From positions 2,528,001 to 2,592,000 of the forward strand of contig OY970194.1 in the NCBI GenBank assembly GCA_963708075.1: a stretch of DNA of 64,000 nt, given 5' to 3'. Of this stretch, positions 52,316 through 62,367 are shown one piece after another. The stretch comes from Sedimentisphaerales bacterium. Lineage in GTDB: Bacteria; Planctomycetota; Phycisphaerae; Sedimentisphaerales; Anaerobacaceae. The notes under the pieces were generated by a model. It did no database searches, was not told the origin of the DNA, and saw nothing but the letters and a program-made list of their open reading frames with translations. Every line of letters starts with the position of its first letter. The first letter of the stretch is position 1. The position numbers and the translations under genes were made by a program.

Positions 52316-52399
52316 ACGGGGCTTGGTTCCTCGTATTGAGAGAAACGGTACAATGCCCGGGATCGTGTCGGTCGGAGTGCATGTGTCGAGGTCAATAAG

Positions 52400-52975
52400 A
52401 TGAAGATACTGGCGGTGGTTGGGAGCCCACGGACGGGCGGGAATACGGATATTCTGCTGTCGAAGATCGGGGAGGGAGCACAGATGGCCGGGGCGGAGGT
52501 CGAGACCGTTCATCTGGGCGGGTTGCAGGTGCGCGAGTGCGATGGGTGTCACGCGTGCTGGAAAGGCCGGGTGTGCAGCAAGGATGACGACATGCGGCCG
52601 CTTTATCCCAAGATCGCCGGCAGTGACGCGATCGTGTTCGGGACCCCCGTGTATTGGTACGGGCCGACGGCACTGATGAAGGCGTTCATCGACCGGTTTG
52701 TGTACTTCAACTGTGAGGCGAACCGGCCGCAGGTGCGCGGCAAGAAGGCGGTCGTGGCCGTCGTGCTGGAGGAGGACCGCGAAGAGACGTGGAGACCGGT
52801 CGTGGAGTTCTTCGAGCGGAGCCTTGGTTACTTGGAGATGCAATTGACCGGGATGATCGTCGTGCCGGGCGTAGGGGCAAAAGGCGCGATCCGAAGAAAG
52901 CCGGAGCAGCTTGAAGAGGCGATGCGTCTTGGGCAACGGCTCGCCGCGAGTGCAGGCGGCCCGCCGCAGCCGTGA
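52400..52975 (+). CDS. Flavodoxin family / iron-sulfur flavoprotein (NADPH-dependent FMN reductase-like)
   Basis: MKILAVVGSPR.GGNT, CDGCHAC....C..KDDM, GTPVYW...TA.MKAFIDR. Confidence 0.9.
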   Translation: MKILAVVGSPRTGGNTDILLSKIGEGAQMAGAEVETVHLGGLQVRECDGCHACWKGRVCSKDDDMRPLYPKIAGSDAIVFGTPVYWYGPTALMKAFIDRFVYFNCEANRPQVRGKKAVVAVVLEEDREETWRPVVEFFERSLGYLEMQLTGMIVVPGVGAKGAIRRKPEQLEEAMRLGQRLAASAGGPPQP

Positions 52976-53017
52976 GCTTCGAGCGAGCCCACGGCACGAC
53001 AAGACCAGCCTGTCACA

Positions 53018-53959
53018 TCAGTTGTTGATGAGACGGAGAAGCTGGTCGGCGAGGCCGGCGTCCAGCGTCTGGAGAATCCGCTGCTGTTCGATCGCCAGGC
53101 CGCGGTCCCCAGCCCCGAGATACGCCCTGCCGAGATTGTAGTACGCCCGGGCATGGCTCTGATCGATAGTGGTCACGTCCTTGTAGCACTGGATCGCCTG
53201 CTCGTAGAGTCCGGCCTCCATGTAGGCATTGCCGGAGAGGACCTGGACCTCGTTGACCTGCGGATCGAGTTGCTTGGCTTTCTGAAAGGCCTGCATGGCC
53301 TCCTCGTAGCGGCCGGAACTGGAAAGGGCCAGGCCCAGCGACGTATGGGCCGCGGCGGATTCCGGCTTGATCTTCAGCGCACGCTCGTAGGAGTCGATTG
53401 CCTCCGGGTAGCGACCCAGCGCGGCATACGCCTTGCCCAATCCGAAATGCCCGTCGAAGCTGTTAGGGTCCAGTGCTACAGCCTTCTGATAGGAGACGAC
53501 GGCCTCTTCGGCACGGTTCTCGTCGCTGTATGCATCGCCCAGCAGTATGTTGGCGCCCGAGTCTTCCGGCCGGATGGCGACGAGCTTTTCGCAGGCATCC
53601 ACCGCCTCTTTGGCGTCGCCGGAGGTGTTGTAGTGCTTGCCCAGGTAGCTGTAAGCGCCGGCCCGGTCCGGAGAGATGGCGGCAATGTGGCGGAGAATCA
53701 CCGCCCGGAGGCCATCCAGTTTGATGGGCCCGGACTTGATCTGCAGCAGGATGATGGCCAGTAACAGGGCCACAAGGAGCAATACGTATCGGATATAGGT
53801 TCGCCGGTTGGAAGCTGCGAGACGATGAGTCGCACGCAACTGGGGGCATTCGGCGGGCGGCAGGTCCGCACGGCTTCCTCGCCTGCTAAATGCACCGGCG
53901 AAACGATCCAGATCTTCGATGTGTAGCGGTTCGTGTCTCCCTGATTTTACCTGTGCCAT
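53018..53959 (-). CDS. Membrane-anchored tetratricopeptide repeat protein
   Basis: One TM then about six TPRs (A...LG.AY...GRY.EAI..Y..AL...P). Confidence 0.88.
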   Translation of the reverse strand: MAQVKSGRHEPLHIEDLDRFAGAFSRRGSRADLPPAECPQLRATHRLAASNRRTYIRYVLLLVALLLAIILLQIKSGPIKLDGLRAVILRHIAAISPDRAGAYSYLGKHYNTSGDAKEAVDACEKLVAIRPEDSGANILLGDAYSDENRAEEAVVSYQKAVALDPNSFDGHFGLGKAYAALGRYPEAIDSYERALKIKPESAAAHTSLGLALSSSGRYEEAMQAFQKAKQLDPQVNEVQVLSGNAYMEAGLYEQAIQCYKDVTTIDQSHARAYYNLGRAYLGAGDRGLAIEQQRILQTLDAGLADQLLRLINN

Positions 53960-54322
53960 ACCGTACCGATCCCAATGCTGAGGCGCCCGAAGGCCCGCCT
54001 ATGTGCCTCTCGACGCACACACGGAGTAACGTGAATACTTTACATCTACTGAAAGCATATGGAATAAGAACGGACCGTCAAAATAGCTTGGCCGTGAACA
54101 GGTGCGATAAAAACCGGGAGAACACGGGACCAGGAGCATCAAATAGGGGAAATACGCAGTTCAGGGCCACCCGGCATGGGATTCATGGGCCTCAAGCTGT
54201 CGCAGCGCTCAGGCATGAGGGAAAATCCTGTCAGATGAATGCGGGGAATGCGTGCGCCGAAGAGATCATCCGGTGCGTACAATCGGGAATAAGAGGACTA
54301 CGTATGGAAAGGAGAACATCTC

Positions 54323-54556
54323 ATGTCACTGACGAGACGCATGGGTCTTGTTGAAGCGGACCGGGTCGAGTCTGTCCTGAAGGATCTCGATCAGAGCACG
54401 ATCAAGATCACGGGCATCAGCCTGTTCCACCTTCTGACCGTGGGGAGCATTGCCGCGTCGATTGCCCTGTTCGTGAGCGGAAGGAAGTGGGCGAGCATCT
54501 TTGTCGGCTTATGGCCGCCAACGTTCCAGGCGTTGAAGTCCGCCTCGGAACGTTGA
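54323..54556 (+). CDS. Small membrane protein
   Basis: AAGGAG RBS; two hydrophobic segments SIAASIALF..GRKWASIFVGLWPPTF. Confidence 0.7.
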   Translation: MSLTRRMGLVEADRVESVLKDLDQSTIKITGISLFHLLTVGSIAASIALFVSGRKWASIFVGLWPPTFQALKSASER

Positions 54557-54572
54557 CGGCTCGCTGACAATG

Positions 54573-54607
54573 GCGATTGCCGTCGGCTTGCAGCAGGCGG
54601 CAATCGC
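54573..54607. terminator. Hairpin between convergent genes
   Basis: GCGATTGCCG-N15-CGGCAATCGC; no clear U-tract. Confidence 0.35.
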
Positions 54608-54629
54608 TCTCCGGCGGGCAGACACGGCG

Positions 54630-55631
54630 CTATTTCAGTTTCGCACTCTTGCCGATCACTTTGATCAGATCGGTTCCTCGCAGAGTGGTATGGTTGGGCA
54701 ACTTGCCCTTGACCGTGACAACGGCGACTCCCGGCTGCAGGAGGGCCTGCACGGCGGACCGGTCGAATTTCACCATGCGTTCCAGGATGCCGTCCCCGTC
54801 ATGGTCCATTGTGTTGCTTTCATTGGCCTGCGGCGAGGCGTAGTCTTCCTGGCCCATGTGGGCGCTGACACCCTCAAGAGTCACCGTCTGGCCGTCGATG
54901 TCGTTGACGTCGTAGCCGGTGGGCAGCTCGATGTAGCACGTGACCCAGTTGCCGTTGCTGTTTAGATTGATGGCGTTGGGATCGACATCAACGACGGCGT
55001 CGATGACTACCTCGTCCGGCATCTTCACCAGCCGCACGTTGTCCCACTGCGCCCAGTTTGCGACGAGAAACTGACCGCTCACTCTGGCCCTGATGCAAAG
55101 CTCGATGCGATGCGGGTCCGGGCCGGGCACCCTCGAGATATCCACCTGCTGGTCCAGGTACGTGCCATCGACGCTTTGGGTCCAGAGGGGGACGTCATCC
55201 ACAAGCAGCATCGCATCGAAATTATTGAACACCAGGTTTGTACTCGTGCCATAAGCGGCCAGACGGGCATCGAAGGCAATGGCGGCCATTCCCGTCAGGT
55301 TCACCATCTGGTAGATGCTTTGGTAACTCCCCGCGCCGAAGGTTCGACCGTAGCGGCTGAACAGACCCGCAGCGCGCGAGCCCTCCGTCTTCCACGCGTA
55401 AGTAACCTGGGACCCAAAAATCGTGTGGTCCGTGTTCTCCAGCCGCCAGTACTGGGGAACGCTGTCGGGCGATGGTGTGACGCTGTACGATTGCTCGAGG
55501 CCGCCGTTCAGAAAGTCGGCCGTCGAGACAGCCGGCCACAGCAGCAGTGCAAGGACTGCCAGATATCGGACGTGAACGTCAGGCCTGTCTCCCTCTGGGC
55601 CTCTGCAATTGCCTGTACATACACGGGTCAT
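54630..55631 (-). CDS. Secreted hypothetical protein (carbohydrate-binding-like N domain + small C-terminal beta domain)
   Basis: Signal-like YLAVLALLLWPAVSTA, NGGLE..WDNVRL; C-terminal P..INL.S.G.WVT.YIELP.GY...D.DGDG..E.MVKFDR; start uncertain. Confidence 0.6.
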   Translation of the reverse strand: MTRVCTGNCRGPEGDRPDVHVRYLAVLALLLWPAVSTADFLNGGLEQSYSVTPSPDSVPQYWRLENTDHTIFGSQVTYAWKTEGSRAAGLFSRYGRTFGAGSYQSIYQMVNLTGMAAIAFDARLAAYGTSTNLVFNNFDAMLLVDDVPLWTQSVDGTYLDQQVDISRVPGPDPHRIELCIRARVSGQFLVANWAQWDNVRLVKMPDEVVIDAVVDVDPNAINLNSNGNWVTCYIELPTGYDVNDIDGQTVTLEGVSAHMGQEDYASPQANESNTMDHDGDGILERMVKFDRSAVQALLQPGVAVVTVKGKLPNHTTLRGTDLIKVIGKSAKLK

Positions 55632-56106
55632 GAAAACACTCCTCCGGAGCTGACATGCTCCTACGAAGTCGGTACGGAACGAACACAATAAGACGACAGA
55701 ACGTCAAAGGGATGGATGGCCGTTGCATCAGCACGCCATATGCAAGATCTTTCCGAGTGAAATCAATAGTGCGGTATGAGATTCGATGCTACTTCTATAA
55801 CGCGTACCTATGCAAACTATACCCCAGGATCCGCCGCCTCCAAACGCCGGCGCAGAATTCTGCGGAAGACCTGCACAGGGCGGCCCCACGACGATCGCAG
55901 CTCCGCCCTGGCGTGTCCCGCCGTCCTATTATCGGCGGTTTGCCTTTCCGGAAGTCACGCAAGAACTATTGTCGCCATCGTGCGGCTCATCTGTAGTTGA
56001 GATCAATGATTGACGCGGCCAAGAAAGCCGCTACCCTGACAGGCTGAACTTTGTCTGTTTGGGGTGGTGGAACGCCACGATACGCACTTTTTGGGGGGGA
56101 CGAAAC

Positions 56107-56799
56107 ATGAAGCATATCACACTCATCATCGGCTTGGGTCTGCTCGTCGCCAGCCCGGCCCTGGGGCTCACTTACCTGGGCACGCCGACAACCATCATGA
56201 AAGCGGGCCAATTCGCCATTGGCGCCAGCTACGCCGACAGCGAGCAGGATATCGAACTCCAGGGAAATATCCGGGTCGAGGATCTGGACGAAGAATCGTG
56301 GCTCGGGCGAGTGGCCGTGGGGATCGCCGATAAGCGGATGGAGATCTTCGGCCTGTTCGGAGCTGCCAACCTGGACGAGGATGGTCTTGAGACGGGTGAC
56401 GAATTCCTCGTCGGCTTCGGCACGCGAATCACCACGAATCGGGGCGATGAGCTGGATTGGGGCGTCGTCGGGCAGTTCACGTGGTTCACGAACGAGGACA
56501 CCGTCGACATTGTCGGGGTTCCGACACCGTATGAGTTGGATGTGCTCGATGTCCAGATCGGCTTCGGTCCCTGCTGGCGACCGGGGCCGTTCATCCTCTA
56601 CGGCGGGCCGATGATCCAGTGGATTGATGGCGATGTCGAGTCGCCGCTTTTCGGCGAATTCGATGTCGATGGGGAGTCGTGGTTTGGCGGCTTTGTCGGC
56701 GGCGGAATCGAGCTTGCCAAACACCTGTGCATCACCGGTGAGGTCCAGGCAACTGCGGACGCCAACGCATGGGCCGCCTCGATCCAGTGGCGGTTCTGA
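56107..56799 (+). CDS. Outer-membrane beta-barrel protein
   Basis: Signal peptide MKHITL...ALG, alternating amphipathic strands, C-terminal WRF. Confidence 0.72.
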   Translation: MKHITLIIGLGLLVASPALGLTYLGTPTTIMKAGQFAIGASYADSEQDIELQGNIRVEDLDEESWLGRVAVGIADKRMEIFGLFGAANLDEDGLETGDEFLVGFGTRITTNRGDELDWGVVGQFTWFTNEDTVDIVGVPTPYELDVLDVQIGFGPCWRPGPFILYGGPMIQWIDGDVESPLFGEFDVDGESWFGGFVGGGIELAKHLCITGEVQATADANAWAASIQWRF

Positions 56800-56956
56800 T
56801 TCGTTAACGGGCTTGGCATTTCCGCAGACAGCCGTCAGGAGGTCATCCGAGATCGGGAGTTGATGCGCATCAAGGCGCAGAGTGAGGCCCCGGCGGCGAA
56901 TGCGCGGGAAGCCTCAGAATTGGTCGGGCCGAAGACCGGGTCTTGAGCCCGAGGAC

Positions 56957-57020
56957 CGGAGAGGCCAGGATTCGAACCCGGGGTAGGGGTTACCCCCCCT
57001 GCGACGGTTCAGCAAACCGT
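56957..57020 (-). pseudogene. 3' fragment of tRNA-Ser(GCT) (putative att site)
   Basis: ACGGT-TTGCTGA-ACCGT anticodon arm, long variable arm, CCGGG-TTCGAAT-CCTGG T arm, CCTCTCC-G; no D arm or 5' acceptor strand upstream. Confidence 0.78.
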
Positions 57021-57052
57021 AGGGACTGTGCACCTGACAGCTTGACACACCA

Positions 57053-58793
57053 TCAGTTGGGGTTGCTCGCCATTGATGAGGGGCCGGATGTCTCCACCTG
57101 ACCCAAATCGGATGCAGGCCGACCTGCATCAGTCCTCGGCCCGCCGAACAATGCGAAAGCCAAACCCCGGTGAAAGACTGCGCAGACAGGCTGAGGAAGG
57201 AGTAGCTGATACTCTTGTCTATAGTGGTCTTCGCGTGCAATGAAAGCTACACATCTCCTGGAGGCATTCTCAGCAACGAATCGGGCAAGCTGTTCCGTAC
57301 CGACAAGCCTGTGCTGCCCATCTTCATAGGTCAGGCCGTAGGAGTATTCTCCCGTGTTGCCGGTGATGAAGGCATCCTCCCGCTTATAGTACCAGCACAC
57401 GGAAGCGGCAAGTGCATTGTCTGCGACAAGGATGGAGTCCGCAGGGATTATCGTGGCGTTGGATAGGAGAAACGCTCCTGGCGTCTTTTTGACCTTCACC
57501 GCCACAGGAGAGACAAAAGGCCAACTGAACATGAAGAGCATGGGTCCGGCACAGTAGAGCAGAATCCGCCTGCGGATATCCATCGGGCCGGTGGCCGCCT
57601 GGCAGAGCGTTGTCCAGAGCAAAAGACCTGCCGCAGCGACAGCCCATTTCCAAGGGGCCATCGATTTGGACAGTTCCGGCACGGTGATCAAAGCCACGAG
57701 CATTCCGACAAGGGAGAGAACCTGCCACTGCAACGACCACTCGTGCACCGGTGACAAAACCTTTCACGTCGCCTCCTCTGAGGCATGTGAGCACGCCGGC
57801 GGCGATCAGGAAGGCCAGAGGAGGATAGCACGGGAGCACATAGGTGCCGAGTTTGCCGCTGCAGACGGAAAAGAAAAGGAAGGGAAACACCAGCCAGCAG
57901 ACGGCCAATCGGACCATTGGGTCCTTCCTGCTTGTCTGTCGGAGGCCTTGAACGATCGGCCCAAGAAGGGGCGTCCAAGGCATGGCTCCAGCGAGCAGGA
58001 TGGGAACGTAATACCAAAGGGGCTCAGGATGTTGGCGGCCGCGAGGTGAGAGGAATCGGTCGATGTGCTCAACCCAGAAGAAGTAGTGCCAGAAGTCGGG
58101 TTCTCGCCGGTAGATCAGAATACTCCAGGGAAGAGCCGTGAGAAGAGCGGCAACCAGGGGGACCCAGGCCATCCTCAAGCATCTCTTGAATTGGCCCTGC
58201 CAGATCATAAATGGAACGATGACCATCACCGGCAGTGCCAAGCCCAGGAATCCTTTGTTCAGGAAGGCCAGGCCGCAGGCTACGCCTGCCAGGATGAGTA
58301 AGGGCATCCTCTTGCGGGCCTCCTGCGCTCGACAGGCAAAGAACAGTGCGATGATCGCTGCCGTTACCCACAGCGACAGCATGCTGTCGAGCACGCAGAA
58401 CGTCCCGACGGCCAGAACCTCGAAAGACAGCAAAAAGACAGTGGTCGCCAACAGGGGCGTTGCCCTATCATCTGAAAACTTGTGAGCCCAGACAAACAGC
58501 AGCACCGCCGTCAGCCCAACTGCCACTGCGGAGGGAAAACGAACAGCGAACTCATTTTCGCCCAACAACTGGATGGCCGTGGCGTTCAGCCAGTAACCCA
58601 GCGGGGGTTTCTCGAAATACTTCAGTCCGTTCAGACGCGGGACGATCCAATCGCCGGAGATTAGCATCTCCCTGGAGATTTCGGCGTACCTGGCTTCATC
58701 AGGGATCACAAGAGGCCGTACGCCCAGGGGCAGGAGGTACAGGAACAGGAATACCCCAACAAGCATCAACGATAGTATCAATCGCATTCCCAT
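57053..58793 (-). CDS. arnT: Undecaprenyl phosphate-L-Ara4N lipid A transferase (frameshift near 57713)
   Basis: RPL..PDEARYAEISREML.SGDWIVP.LNGL.YFEKPP.GYW, F..KG, FFWVEHI.RF, QH..P.WYY, KL.TY.LP; an extra base in CTCCCTT splits ORFs 57384..58844 and 57053..57757. Confidence 0.88.
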
Positions 58794-59740
58794 CTCGCCG
58801 GAAGATATGTGTAAGGGACTTGATAGTAGTCGAAGACTCCCCATGCACGATGGCCTGTGAGTCTCTCCAATAGATAGGTCATGTTCAGCCCGATGCCAAC
58901 GTAGCCATAACGGTGTTGGCCATCGAAATCGTCATCGTCGCCGGAGACATAGCCCCGCGTGTAGTAACCCACCTGCACCTCCAGGGCCTTCAGGACCGGG
59001 CTGCCGGTCCTGAGCCAGCCATCCAACTTGAAGGCAAGCAGAAACTTCTGGCCGGAATAGTCGGTAAGGATGTCGAAACGCTCTCCACTGCGGGCGGCTG
59101 GAGAGGGGAACCACTCCCACCGAAAATCCACCCTTTCCCGGATAGCAGGAAACCGGTGGCGCAGATAGGCCATGCCTACGCCTACGGTGTTCATGACTTC
59201 ATCCTGCCAACTGTACCCTTCGCTCACACTGAAACCATCTCCGATCTCGATCAGCGACATCGTCAGCCAACTGCTCGCCGCCCCGATCAGGATGGCGTCA
59301 TTGTCCGAGTATCCCCAGTCTTTATAGATCCGGTTATAGGCGCTCGCCAGAGCGTAGCAGGTGAACACGTGCCCGAGTTTGTCGGCGCCCCCATAGGGGG
59401 TATCACTATCGAACCAGCCTTCATCGGACGTGTTGAATGAGTGACTGCCGTAGTCCCACCCGGCAAAGCCGATCGCCGCGATGGCGGCTACGGTCACTGC
59501 ATTCAGTGCGACCACCTTTTTCTCTCGCGGCCAGTCCCCCACGGACCACCACGGAGGCTTCTGGGGAACGTTCACGTCGCTCTCGTCGTTCAGTCCAAGC
59601 ACATAGCTGGGGCTGAGCGATGAGACGGCATATGCACCGTCAAGCGGGCTGTGTCCAGATGCTGATGCGCCGCACCTGAGCATCACGAGCCACACGGCCA
59701 GAGCAGAGATTGTTACGATGTCTTGCATCTTTGTCTTCAT
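58778..59740 (-). CDS. DUF2279/YfiM-like exported protein
   Basis: Signal-like N-terminus, GGADKLGH, E..DG.S...G.SW.D..N..G, DY.GQ. Confidence 0.7.
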   Translation of the reverse strand: MKTKMQDIVTISALAVWLVMLRCGASASGHSPLDGAYAVSSLSPSYVLGLNDESDVNVPQKPPWWSVGDWPREKKVVALNAVTVAAIAAIGFAGWDYGSHSFNTSDEGWFDSDTPYGGADKLGHVFTCYALASAYNRIYKDWGYSDNDAILIGAASSWLTMSLIEIGDGFSVSEGYSWQDEVMNTVGVGMAYLRHRFPAIRERVDFRWEWFPSPAARSGERFDILTDYSGQKFLLAFKLDGWLRTGSPVLKALEVQVGYYTRGYVSGDDDDFDGQHRYGYVGIGLNMTYLLERLTGHRAWGVFDYYQVPYTYLPARWECD

Positions 59741-59749
59741 TGCACCCAC

Positions 59750-61471
59750 TCAATTCGGTTCCGATCTGCCGCTTCCTGGATTCACGCCCCATCCCGCCTG
59801 CACATTTTGCGACTTGTCCAGTGTGAGCACCACAAAATCCTTGTGCCCGATCTTGCCACGGCCGAGGGATCTCATTTGCCCGGCGTCGCCTGCCGGCATC
59901 GAGCGGAACGTCTGTTCTTGCATCAGGACATAGAGAGGGCCCGGCAATTCCCGGAGTTCATCGAAGGAACTCGGAAACCGGGGCACAAGAGGCTTGGATA
60001 GATTCACCATGAACCTGATGTCTTCCGCGTCCGGACCGACCCGGAAAAACACGACCGTGCCGGGGTTCCTCTCATACAGGGCCTCCACCTGGCTTACAAA
60101 GGGCCTTGTTTGTTCCTGACTATAGCGGATGGGCTCGATGATTCCGATGTACAGGGTGACGAATGCCGCCACGGCAGTCGCGATCCCGGCCGGAACGCTT
60201 ATGGGTTGATCCATCCACCTTCTGCGCAATCCGGTGCTAATCGCGATCAGGAGAACCAGCGTCGTGAGGGTGCTGAAATAATGAGCCTTCCAGGAAGGCT
60301 CGATGCGCCAGGCGAACAGGAAGATGGCCAGCACCACCACGGCCACACAGGCAGGAAGGAAAAGACAGAAACCCACAAACCATCGCTTGACCCTGAGGAG
60401 CATGCCCCCGGCAGAGACAGCCATGGGATAGGAGGCCATCAGGGCAACGGCAGGGACGATGGGCAACACATATCGTATCTTCTTGGCAGCCGGAATCGAC
60501 ATGGCGGTCAGCACGATCAGGATCCAGACGGCCAGACTGCCCAACAGGGCGTCGTCCTCGCCGGCGCGTCGGAGTATGTCCTTGAAACAGCAGGCCGCCA
60601 CGGCAATCGCAAGAGGACAGGCCAACGCATACGCAGTGAAGCACCGGCTCCAATAGTACGTGACGGCTTCACCCTCGCCATACTGACGCCCGATCATCTG
60701 TGCATCAAGCACGGCTTTGGCAAATCCCTCTCCACCCTGCATCTTGGCAGCGGTCAGAAGCCCGCCCAGACAGAAGGCCAGCGTGACGCCGGCCAACACC
60801 GCCGCGATCGCCAACGGTTTCCAACGGCGATGCCAGAGATAATGACTCCACACGACAGCGGCAGGCAACATCAGGCCGATCGGCCCGCGAAAAGCGAAGC
60901 CGAAGATCCAGACCGGCGCCAGCAGCCAGAGACGCTTCGGCCGGCCCAGACAGTCGCCGGAGTAGACCAGGTAGAAGGACAACGCAACCGCCAGGCTGGT
61001 GTACTGGTCAAGAGCGATCCCGCGGGATGCAGAGAGGAACTCAACCGTGAATAACGCGAACAAGACAGCCACCAGGCCCCATTGCCGGGAGCGCATGGCC
61101 CCGATCCAATACGTGACGACCAGAATCGATGCCGAGACAACGGCCGTCGGCAAGACCCCCGCCAGTGGAGTGACTTGTCCGATCAGCCGCGAGACCAGGT
61201 AAATGAGCAAGGTCGATGTCGCCGGATAGTCCGGGTAGGGCCTGTGGTATGTCGTGGGGAAGAACGTCGGTCCGTCCCGGAGCATCTCCTGGGCGAACAT
61301 GGCGAAACGCGACTGAAAGCCCTCAAACTCCGGTGTCAGACCGGACGTGAAAACAAGGATGGCGCCCAGGAAGATCAGCAACGAGTCTCCAACGCCACGT
61401 CGCGCTTGCCCGAACACGGCGGTCGACGTCGCCCCTTCCGAATGCAGAGGGTTCTCCGTCAGCATAGTCAT
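59750..61471 (-). CDS. ArnT/PMT (GT39/GT83-like) membrane glycosyltransferase
   Basis: RFA.FAQEML..G..FFPT....PYPDYP, FRGPIG, S.P..KK.RY.LP; multi-TM; ATGA overlap with arnD. Confidence 0.82.
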   Translation of the reverse strand: MTMLTENPLHSEGATSTAVFGQARRGVGDSLLIFLGAILVFTSGLTPEFEGFQSRFAMFAQEMLRDGPTFFPTTYHRPYPDYPATSTLLIYLVSRLIGQVTPLAGVLPTAVVSASILVVTYWIGAMRSRQWGLVAVLFALFTVEFLSASRGIALDQYTSLAVALSFYLVYSGDCLGRPKRLWLLAPVWIFGFAFRGPIGLMLPAAVVWSHYLWHRRWKPLAIAAVLAGVTLAFCLGGLLTAAKMQGGEGFAKAVLDAQMIGRQYGEGEAVTYYWSRCFTAYALACPLAIAVAACCFKDILRRAGEDDALLGSLAVWILIVLTAMSIPAAKKIRYVLPIVPAVALMASYPMAVSAGGMLLRVKRWFVGFCLFLPACVAVVVLAIFLFAWRIEPSWKAHYFSTLTTLVLLIAISTGLRRRWMDQPISVPAGIATAVAAFVTLYIGIIEPIRYSQEQTRPFVSQVEALYERNPGTVVFFRVGPDAEDIRFMVNLSKPLVPRFPSSFDELRELPGPLYVLMQEQTFRSMPAGDAGQMRSLGRGKIGHKDFVVLTLDKSQNVQAGWGVNPGSGRSEPN

Positions 61472-62367
61472 AACGTCACCTGACAGGCCACCCACCCTTC
61501 GCGCCCGTGAATCTCTTTTGCGGCAATCCGGGCCACGACCGGTTGCGAGTCCTGGATCAGAGCGCCCAAGGGGACAAATCGATGCCCCTGCGACAGGGCT
61601 GCCCTGACGAACTCCTCGAACATTTGCAGGCAGACAATGCCCTCAACTTCGGCGTGGATGGTGAGTACGTTGAGCCTGTCGGGGCGAAGCAGTCCGAGCA
61701 TATGCGCGTTGTAGTTGTCGTTCGACACGCCGTCTCGCCCGATCACTTCATCATACGTGGGCAACGTCACGGGGATTTGAGGCTGCGACAACTCTCGACC
61801 GCCGGCGACGGGCCCGAAGACGCTGTCTCCCCTGCAATCACTGTTGTAGTGGAATGGGAATCTGGCCTTCTCCTCCAGGACGAGGTCATTGCACTTCCAG
61901 CCGGGGACGGCCGAGCAGGTTGGCGGATGCCCCAGGAGCTGCGTGAGCAATTCGACGCCGCGATGCAGCGACTGGTAGATAGCGTCGGCGCCCATTCGAT
62001 CAATGTGAGCCTGCCAGGCGTGATGGTCCCAAGCGTGGAGTCCCACTTCATGGCCGGCCTGCGCGGTGTCGCGGATGACATTGGCGAGCTTCTCTCCAAT
62101 GATCGGTCCCGGCCAGAAGGTTCCACGGAGCAGGATCTCCCAGCCATAGAGACGGGAGGCCCGTGTCCGAAGCATCTTCCACAAAAATGCCGGGCGAAGC
62201 AGCCGCCACAGATGTCGGCCCATATTGTCCGGCCCGACGGAAAAGAAGAAAGAAGCTTTGATGGAATAGTCTGCCAGAACCTTGCACAGATTAGGCACGC
62301 CGTACTTTGTGCCGCGGAAGGTATCGACGTCGATGCGGAGACCGATCTGCATGAATCTACTCTCCAT
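61468..62367 (-). CDS. arnD: 4-deoxy-4-formamido-L-arabinose-phosphoundecaprenol deformylase
   Basis: GLRIDVDTFRGT..GVP, FFSVGPDNMGRHLWRL, GT.WPG, HEVGLHAWDH..WQ, YNSDCRG, TLPTYDE, TIHAEVEG. Confidence 0.95.
   Translation of the reverse strand: MESRFMQIGLRIDVDTFRGTKYGVPNLCKVLADYSIKASFFFSVGPDNMGRHLWRLLRPAFLWKMLRTRASRLYGWEILLRGTFWPGPIIGEKLANVIRDTAQAGHEVGLHAWDHHAWQAHIDRMGADAIYQSLHRGVELLTQLLGHPPTCSAVPGWKCNDLVLEEKARFPFHYNSDCRGDSVFGPVAGGRELSQPQIPVTLPTYDEVIGRDGVSNDNYNAHMLGLLRPDRLNVLTIHAEVEGIVCLQMFEEFVRAALSQGHRFVPLGALIQDSQPVVARIAAKEIHGREGWVACQVTL

Noticed and set aside
51733..52395. Small ORFs with KQSQ/ETKPI/NKAN peptide repeats
   Set aside because: The repeats appear in all three frames with no RBS or coherent composition; DNA-level repeat.
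55725..55745. sigma54 promoter (TGGCGT...TGCA on - strand)
   Set aside because: GG-to-GC spacing is 9, not the required 10.
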